A DNA stretch of 64,000 nucleotides, taken from positions 2,656,001 to 2,720,000 of the forward strand of contig OZ244197.1 of the NCBI GenBank assembly GCA_965216785.1, in the 5' to 3' direction. This DNA comes from Thermodesulfobacteriota bacterium. GTDB taxonomy: Bacteria; Desulfobacterota_D; UBA1144; Nemesobacterales; UBA2774. Shown here in pieces: positions 57,959-64,000 of the stretch. Both the position numbers and the translations under genes were made by a program. Position 1 is the stretch's first letter; each line of letters starts with the position of its first letter. The notes beneath the pieces were generated by a model. That model had not been told where the DNA came from. It made no database searches and saw only the letters and a list, made by a program, of their open reading frames with translations.

Positions 57959-58327
57959 TTAAGCAATATTCAGTATGCCCTTGAGTATATCCGTAGTAGT
58001 GATAATCCCGGTCAACCTTCCGTCATCAGAAAGTACGGGAGTGGCGTTAATCTTATGGCTAATAAGGATCATACCCGCTTCCTCAAGCGAGGAGTCCTCG
58101 CTAATAGACACCGGATCGGGAGTCATTACGTTCCTTACTGTTAAATGCGGGTCTGTTACCAGAGCCATCCGGAGGTCTCTATCACTGATTATTCCCACCA
58201 GATTATCATTATCCACAACCGGCGCCTGACGTATCGATCTATCAGAGAGCATATTGAATGCAACCCTCAGATCATCACCCGGTGATACCGATGCCGGATT
58301 ACGAGTCATATAGTCTTTTACCAGCAT
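57959..58327 (-). CDS. CBS domain protein (AcuB-like pair)
   Basis: VKDYMTRNP, LVGIISDRDL, VRNVMTPDP, GIITTTDIL. Confidence 0.9.
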   Translation of the reverse strand: MLVKDYMTRNPASVSPGDDLRVAFNMLSDRSIRQAPVVDNDNLVGIISDRDLRMALVTDPHLTVRNVMTPDPVSISEDSSLEEAGMILISHKINATPVLSDDGRLTGIITTTDILKGILNIA

Positions 58328-58365
58328 ATCTCACCCCTCTTGGCTTTATTTAATACTTAAAATAG

Positions 58366-58381
58366 TGCAAGAACGGTGCCG
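58366..58381 (-). promoter_or_regulatory. Sigma-54 promoter of the CBS gene
   Basis: CGGCAC-CGTTC-TTGCA on minus strand. Confidence 0.65.
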
Positions 58382-58523
58382 GACTATCTGGCATGTAATA
58401 CAGGGTAAATGCAAAATTGGAGTGTAAATTGTCTTATTTTAATACAAATTTCTTGAATCCGTATCAGAGAACAGTCCCAATTTTCAAGCTTTCAACTTAA
58501 TTCCAAGAAGAAATGTATTTTGG

Positions 58524-58850
58524 CTAATCATTACGGGGCGAGCCGTGCAGTACGGCAACGAATACCAAATCCTCATCAAGAGCTTTTACTGAGTGTTTTT
58601 CATCAACGTCGAAAATCAGGATAGATCCCGGTACTGCTTTCTCCTCGGTATCATCTGAGCCTCTGAACATACCCTCTCCTTTCAGCACAATCAGATAAAC
58701 AGGAGACGAGGGCGAGCTATGCTCCTTGATTTCCTGTCCAGGGCGCAGCGCAAACTCAAGAAGCCTCCCGTTCTTATCCACGTGTATAGGCCTGGCGATA
58801 CCATGCTTCTCATTAAATCGAATACCGTCCATGAGATTAATGTGTTCCAT
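58524..58850 (-). CDS. Cupin domain protein
   Basis: LRPGQEIKEHSS...VLKGEG...EKHSVKA. Confidence 0.85.
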   Translation of the reverse strand: MEHINLMDGIRFNEKHGIARPIHVDKNGRLLEFALRPGQEIKEHSSPSSPVYLIVLKGEGMFRGSDDTEEKAVPGSILIFDVDEKHSVKALDEDLVFVAVLHGSPRND

Positions 58851-58868
58851 GTTGCCCCCCCTATCTAT

Positions 58869-59339
58869 TTATTTCTTACCTTCTTCCAGTACAGCCCGAG
58901 AAGCCTCGGTAAATCCGCCAAGGAACCTGCCGTTTTCCCGCTCCGCAAGCTCTCTCGCTGCATTTTCGTCACTGGCTGCGACAATTCCATGGCCCATAGG
59001 CGTTTTAATGCTCTCTACCCATACATAGTAGGCTGAAGAGCCGTCTATCCACTCGCCGCTACTATAGTCCTTAACGTAGTAGGTGGCTATTTCTCCCCGC
59101 TCGCTGTTCCCACCCTCCCCTGCGGAAGTATAGTGGAGCATACAGCCCAGATCGTCGAATTTTCTAGACTTCCCCCCGGGCAATATATACTGGGCTGAAT
59201 ATGCCTCCTCGCTTATTATCATCTTACACCTTTCACATACATCTTCACCGTAATATATCTGCGCTGGCCCAGTGCTCGGGGTATCTTTACAAGAAAAGAA
59301 GAATGCCATCAATAATATTAGTGCGAGAGTTATTTTCAA
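58869..59339 (-). CDS. nosL: Nitrous oxide reductase accessory lipoprotein NosL
   Basis: Lipobox FFSC, CERCKMII, FDDLGCM, TPMGHG; TTG start overlapping the nosY stop. Confidence 0.9.
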   Translation of the reverse strand: MKITLALILLMAFFFSCKDTPSTGPAQIYYGEDVCERCKMIISEEAYSAQYILPGGKSRKFDDLGCMLHYTSAGEGGNSERGEIATYYVKDYSSGEWIDGSSAYYVWVESIKTPMGHGIVAASDENAARELAERENGRFLGGFTEASRAVLEEGKK

Positions 59340-60175
59340 AGCTCCTCCTTCCTGAAGCGGCTGAATACGGTATAAGCCAAAGCAAGCGGTATCAATGTCC
59401 ATAGTGCCATGATGAAAAAGAGAAGATAAAATATTCCTTCACGCCCAAACGTCCTTACAGCGTAAACCCCCACAGGCCCAAGTATCTCAAATCTCGGGCT
59501 CAGCACCAGAACCGAGGCTATCTTAAACACTTCTCCCGGGTTCAGAAGCGCAAGGATCAGCACCTGCCTTATCCCCAAGTCCAACACCACAGTTGTTCCC
59601 ATAACCCCCAGATCACCGAGCACAATGAAGAAGAGCCACAAGAAAACGCATATCCCTATTGCCTTTGACCCCTTTGTGGAGAATACCGAGACTGTAAAAC
59701 CGACGCCCAGCAGTGAAGCCGCCAGAAGACCCGAAAGCAGAGCTGTAATCAGATAGTTCGTTACATCGCCGCCCCCGCCCCTGAGCGAGACCCCCACTCC
59801 CGCTATACCGAAGCCTATTGAAATTGAAAACCATATTACGATCAGAAGCCCTAGATACTTCCCGAAAAACACCTCTGATTTTGTCACCGGGTGTGAGAGC
59901 AGATAGGAAAGAGTGCCGTTTTCCCTCTCAGAGGCAATACTAATACCCCCTGTAATTAACGCGATCAGAGGAACAAACAAAAGCACCAGATTTATCAGAC
60001 TTGCGGCAGTCCTGCCGTAACCTGTAAAACCTTCTATATTCGTGCCCGATGTAGCGATTAACAGCACAAGGAGCGCGAGAGCGGAAAAGCATGCGGTATA
60101 AAGAATAAACCATCTGTTTTTAAGAGACTCCGCAGCCTCTTTCCGCATAATCAGCAATATATTCTTAATATCCAT
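59336..60175 (-). CDS. nosY: ABC transporter permease NosY
   Basis: RTAASLINLVLLFVPLIAL, ERENGTLSYLLSHPV; nos context. Confidence 0.9.
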   Translation of the reverse strand: MDIKNILLIMRKEAAESLKNRWFILYTACFSALALLVLLIATSGTNIEGFTGYGRTAASLINLVLLFVPLIALITGGISIASERENGTLSYLLSHPVTKSEVFFGKYLGLLIVIWFSISIGFGIAGVGVSLRGGGGDVTNYLITALLSGLLAASLLGVGFTVSVFSTKGSKAIGICVFLWLFFIVLGDLGVMGTTVVLDLGIRQVLILALLNPGEVFKIASVLVLSPRFEILGPVGVYAVRTFGREGIFYLLFFIMALWTLIPLALAYTVFSRFRKEEL

Positions 60176-61064
60176 TTTCTTCTATCTGTTTGACCAGACC
60201 CTCCATTGTGGGCTCGTCTATAGTAAAATTCTGCACCTCGATACCGTTTTCGATCAGCCGTTTAATAGGCGCCATTCTCAGGCTGTTTTCTATTTCAATA
60301 TTAAGCCCTGAACCGTTTCTGGTTACGCCCTGAAAACCTCCCTTAAGAAGTAAGGACTTAGCTCTGTCAACGCTCTCCTCGGCTATGACTAAATTAATTT
60401 TCACTTTGAGCCCAAGCGTCTCACCCAGGTTCTCGGGCTTTGCTTCCAATATAACTTTTCCGGCTCTCATAAATAGCGCTCTGTCGGCAAGGAGATCAAC
60501 TTCGTCAAGCCTGTGAGAGGAAAAGAGCACTGTCTTACCATCTTTTTTGTATGAGCTTACAAGAGTGAGAAAATCATTTCTCGCCTGCGCGTCCAGGTTT
60601 GAAGTCGGCTCATCAAGTATTAGCACAGGGGGCTCAGAAAGAAGGGCTATCGCAAAGGAGAGGCGCTGCCTCATTCCTCCGGAAAGCTCAGAGGTAGATT
60701 TAAGCTCATGCTCTTTAAGGCCGGTGAGATCAAGCACATGGTCTATTCTATCATTCCTCACCCGTCTGATAGAGGCAAAGAAGTGTAGGATATCCCTTGT
60801 CCTTATATCATAGAACTCAGGCTCCTGCGGCACATAGCCGATAAGCGACTTTGCCTGCTTTGGATTATCATTAACGTCCCGTCCGTCTACAGTTATAACG
60901 CCGCTGTAATCAAGAAGTCCCAGTACGCATTTTAGAAGAGTGCTCTTACCCGCGCCGTTTGCCCCGAGGAGCGCGACCGCTTGACCCTGTTCTACACCAA
61001 ACGTTACGCCGTCTACCGCGAGTACTTGACCAAAGCTCTTTGTAACAGAGTTAACTTCTATCAT
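60165..61064 (-). CDS. nosF: ABC transporter ATP-binding protein NosF
   Basis: GANGAGKST, LSGGMRQR, ILDEPT, SSH; between nosD and nosY. Confidence 0.9.
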   Translation of the reverse strand: MIEVNSVTKSFGQVLAVDGVTFGVEQGQAVALLGANGAGKSTLLKCVLGLLDYSGVITVDGRDVNDNPKQAKSLIGYVPQEPEFYDIRTRDILHFFASIRRVRNDRIDHVLDLTGLKEHELKSTSELSGGMRQRLSFAIALLSEPPVLILDEPTSNLDAQARNDFLTLVSSYKKDGKTVLFSSHRLDEVDLLADRALFMRAGKVILEAKPENLGETLGLKVKINLVIAEESVDRAKSLLLKGGFQGVTRNGSGLNIEIENSLRMAPIKRLIENGIEVQNFTIDEPTMEGLVKQIEENGY

Positions 61065-61076
61065 AATTTAAACCTT

Positions 61077-62453
61077 TCACCTCGCTTTCATATACATGTA
61101 AGCGAATACGGGAATCAATATCATAAACAGGCTCGGAATGAATAAACCATAGGAAAATCCGGACTTTCCAAGCTTATATGTCTCATGAATCATAGGACTC
61201 ATTAGAGGGTAGTTATCCTCTACTTTGGGCTCGGGTTTTATTACAGGAAACGCCTCTGCCGCAAGCTCGATCGCCTCGGCTACGGGGCTGTATATAAATA
61301 TTCTCAAATTCGGGTAAGAGTCTATCAAGCTCTCGAAAAGGCTCTCGGCCCTATAGGGCGTCTCCCCTACCCCGTCATTGTTTGCGTCATATCCAACGTA
61401 ATCACTCCAGTAATTGCCTTTTCCGCTCTCATACCACTTATTACCTGAAAGTGTCCCGCCGCCCCTGACCTCTATTTGCTCGGTGTTGTCTATAAAGCTG
61501 TTAGAAACCAAAAGGTTCCGCTCTATCGAAGGCATGAATGAAGCCCCTATATCGTTAAACGCAATTACGTTTTCACTTATCGTATTCCATGAGTCTATCA
61601 TATGAGGGGAGTTATCCAGGTATAACCCGATACGGTTATCTATAAATAGGTTTCCCCGGGCGGTAATGTCGTCCAGGTCCTTGAACCCTACCCCATAGCC
61701 GGTCGCGGGGCCCTGATTACGGGCGAAAATGTTATTATGAAAGGTAATATTGCCGCTGTACATTAAAAACCCGCCCACGTAGTTATCTACAAAAACATTA
61801 TCTTCAAATAAATTGTCGTCACTATACATATAATGAAGACCGTAGCGGCCTTTCTCCACCGTGTTTCCCTTTATATGCGTATTACCGGACCACCACATCA
61901 CTAGATCCCTGGTACGTATAAGGTGGTTGTCCAGTATCTTCGTATCCGAGCTATACCATAGCCGGATACCGTCGCCCCGCACAGGAAGCGGCAAATCTTT
62001 ACCTACAACCTTGTTTCTCTCTATTACTCCGCCGGGTGAGTTCTTATAATATATTCCGAAGAGAACATCTTCGAGTGTATTGTCTGAAATTATGGTTCCT
62101 GGAGAGTCCGAGACAACAATTCCCGTATCTTCGACTGATAACCCTTCACCGCTCCCCCTAACGGTAAATCCGCTAAAGACGCATTCGGGGGCATTAATCT
62201 TAACAACCGTCCCCTTTCCTTCACCGTCTATACGCGGGTTCCCGATACCTAGAAGCTTAAGGGTTTTATCTACAACGATATGCTCTTTATATGTGCCGCC
62301 GTGAACCTCTATTGTGTCCCCTGTTCCAGCCGATTGGATTGCCTCGGATATGGAGCCGAGCTTGCCTTGTGCAGACACTCTAATCGTCTCTGCCAAGGCG
62401 CCCTGTGCACAGAAACAAAAAATGAGTAGTAACAAAACTCTGAGCAGGCTCAT
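61077..62453 (-). CDS. nosD: Nitrous oxide reductase maturation protein NosD
   Basis: Beta-helix repeats, RGDGIRLW, RYGLHYMYS, GNYWSDY.GYD. Confidence 0.93.
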   Translation of the reverse strand: MSLLRVLLLLIFCFCAQGALAETIRVSAQGKLGSISEAIQSAGTGDTIEVHGGTYKEHIVVDKTLKLLGIGNPRIDGEGKGTVVKINAPECVFSGFTVRGSGEGLSVEDTGIVVSDSPGTIISDNTLEDVLFGIYYKNSPGGVIERNKVVGKDLPLPVRGDGIRLWYSSDTKILDNHLIRTRDLVMWWSGNTHIKGNTVEKGRYGLHYMYSDDNLFEDNVFVDNYVGGFLMYSGNITFHNNIFARNQGPATGYGVGFKDLDDITARGNLFIDNRIGLYLDNSPHMIDSWNTISENVIAFNDIGASFMPSIERNLLVSNSFIDNTEQIEVRGGGTLSGNKWYESGKGNYWSDYVGYDANNDGVGETPYRAESLFESLIDSYPNLRIFIYSPVAEAIELAAEAFPVIKPEPKVEDNYPLMSPMIHETYKLGKSGFSYGLFIPSLFMILIPVFAYMYMKAR

Positions 62454-62477
62454 AATATTCGCATGAAGACCCTCTTC

Positions 62478-63134
62478 CTAAGTGGCTCCGCCAGATCCTA
62501 CAATAAGAGGCTTATAAGCCCTTCTATGAAAGTAGAGTCCGATTATAATCAGTACGGAGGCCGCCATTGACATATAAAGGCCCACTTCCCAGCTCGCTAT
62601 AGTACTGAACTGAGCGATCTTTCCTTCACCTAACAACGGAGGCACAAAAGGTTGCACTGCGTTTTTAAGCGGAGCGTTCTGGTCAAGGTTCGTGCCAAAT
62701 GTCCTCATCCAGAAATACAGATCAGCCAGAAAAAACACCGGGTATGCGATTGCCGGTATCGCGAGGAATAGGGCAAACGGACTGTGCACAAATATAGTGC
62801 CCACAATAAGGAGCGCGAGCCCGATTATAATAAATACGCTCAGCGTCCGCTCCAGCACAGCCGCCTCTCCCAGGGGTTTCATTCCGATATAATGATTCAG
62901 GCTGTCAATTTCACCGATATCGCCCGTAAGCCTGTTCACATACATACTTGCCTCCAGGCCACCTGGGTACTGCGGCGCGAAAAGTGTTATTTTCCAGTAC
63001 GGAAGGAATATAGAGATAAATAACACGATCGCGGCCGCGAGCATAATAATCGTGGGAATCATGAATCTCCTCTTCTCTTTCTCCCACAACTCCTTAGGAA
63101 CCCGCGGCCCCAGAAACAGTTCATTTTCTTTCAT
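62478..63134 (-). CDS. nosB: NosB-like membrane protein of clade II nos clusters
   Basis: PYWKITLFAPQYPGGL, IDSLNHYIGMKPL, PPLLG.GKIAQF; 4 TM. Confidence 0.8.
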   Translation of the reverse strand: MKENELFLGPRVPKELWEKEKRRFMIPTIIMLAAAIVLFISIFLPYWKITLFAPQYPGGLEASMYVNRLTGDIGEIDSLNHYIGMKPLGEAAVLERTLSVFIIIGLALLIVGTIFVHSPFALFLAIPAIAYPVFFLADLYFWMRTFGTNLDQNAPLKNAVQPFVPPLLGEGKIAQFSTIASWEVGLYMSMAASVLIIIGLYFHRRAYKPLIVGSGGAT

Positions 63135-63241
63135 AGCTGTGCTCCCTCTCTTAAATCTATTAGTTACAAACCTGCATTACGCCTCGGGGATACCTTACGT
63201 ACAGTCTAAGCTCAGAGGTAAGATTATACAAACAAACGGTG

Positions 63242-63610
63242 CTACTTGCCGGTCAATATTCTTCTGGCGTTTAGCCCCGCGGTAGCGGCTTTTACATAAT
63301 ACTGCCACGCCATGTTATAGCCGTAATTGGCTTTTTCCCACTCCTGAGCTTCCATAGCCGTATCACCTTGCTTAAGAAACTTGTCGCCTTCGCCAAGCTG
63401 TATTACAGCGTCATCAATTAGCTCTTTTGCTGTAGGATTATCTTGGTCCCCTATCTCTTGAAGCTCTTCATAGACACTCATTACTTGTGCCCTCGTGCTC
63501 GTAGCCTGCTCCTGCCAGCTCTTTGCCGTCTCTTCATTCTGAGCTCCAAATGCGGCGCTTACGAAAACAAACACCAATACCGGACTGAGAAGAAAATATA
63601 GTTTTTTCAT
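63242..63610 (-). CDS. Hypothetical secreted alpha-helical protein in the nos operon
   Basis: Signal peptide MKKLYFLLSPVLVFVFVSAAFG; AGGGAGG RBS; no CxxCH. Confidence 0.7.
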   Translation of the reverse strand: MKKLYFLLSPVLVFVFVSAAFGAQNEETAKSWQEQATSTRAQVMSVYEELQEIGDQDNPTAKELIDDAVIQLGEGDKFLKQGDTAMEAQEWEKANYGYNMAWQYYVKAATAGLNARRILTGK

Positions 63611-63657
63611 TCTAATACCCTCCCTTATAGTGTTTTGCATTCCAAAATACCAGCCCC

Positions 63658-63696
63658 CCTCGCAACCCCCATAAAGACCTTGGGTTACGAGGGAGG
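63658..63696 (-). terminator. Intercistronic hairpin after nosZ
   Basis: CCTCGCAACCC...GGGTTACGAGG imperfect stem. Confidence 0.5.
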
Positions 63697-63716
63697 TTCA
63701 GCCATAGCTCTGTTAA

Positions 63717-64000
63717 TTATTTTTTAGGTTCTACCATCAAATACCCCATCATCTCGAGATGAAGGGCAGAGCAAAACTCGGTGCAGTAAAACGGGTACAC
63801 ACCCGGCTTATCCGCTGTGAATTTAACCGTGCTGCTCTCCCCGGGCTCAAGGCTCAGGTTTACGTTGTACCCATCTATAGCAAACCCATGTGTAGCGTCT
63901 CTTGCCCGCTCGACACTTGTTATGTGCAAGATCACTTCGTCTCCTTCGTTCACTGTTATATGCTCAGGATTAAAGTGACTTCTGATAGCGGTCATCCAAA
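63717..64000 (-). CDS. nosZ: Nitrous oxide reductase, C-terminal CuA domain (partial; continues beyond window)
   Basis: DATHGF and FYCTEFCSALHLEM CuA ligands; followed by nosB-D-F-Y-L. Confidence 0.93.
   Translation of the reverse strand, partial: WMTAIRSHFNPEHITVNEGDEVILHITSVERARDATHGFAIDGYNVNLSLEPGESSTVKFTADKPGVYPFYCTEFCSALHLEMMGYLMVEPKK

Overview
Bacterial chromosomal window. The several IPTL-CTERM proteins, sigma-54 two-component system and clade II nos cluster suggest a Thermodesulfobacteriota/Ca. Dadabacteria-like organism; this is inference only. Layout: (1) 1-16.2 kb is housekeeping backbone: VIT1, an NDH-2-cNMP-CBS fusion, recF, a CDC48-type AAA ATPase, pilD, a PilS/PilR-like pair, hemY, slyD and an SDR. 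(2) A tRNA-Thr(CGT) at 16267-16341 anchors a tandem array of integrated units delimited by two further 49-bp copies of the tRNA 3' part (24275-24323, 26558-26606). These are an 8-kb integrase-bearing element, a 2.3-kb integrase-less unit with a near-identical 232-bp right end, and a collapsed third unit in which the integrase start is fused in frame to an IPTL-CTERM tail. Every unit carries an IPTL-CTERM surface-protein gene or its remnant. (3) 27-40 kb is a mosaic of cargo modules (HxlR/SnoaL/DsbA, DszB-like plus rhodanese, MBL hydrolase, MOSC fusion) separated by a co-oriented ~125-128 bp repeat whose core has an 11-8-11 recombinase-site-like architecture. (4) 40-49 kb is an ECF sigma/anti-sigma stress cluster (DUF4331, msrB, fasciclin) with four TG(A/C)TC(C/T)-N16/17-CGTA promoter motifs and two candidate sRNAs. 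(5) 50-58 kb is a cbb3 oxidase operon behind a sigma-54 promoter motif, with fused ccoNO and a ccoQ lacking a canonical start. (6) 58.8-64 kb is a clade II-type nos (N2O reductase) cluster, with nosZ cut by the window edge. All calls were made by eye from the sequence and ORF translations; no searches were run.
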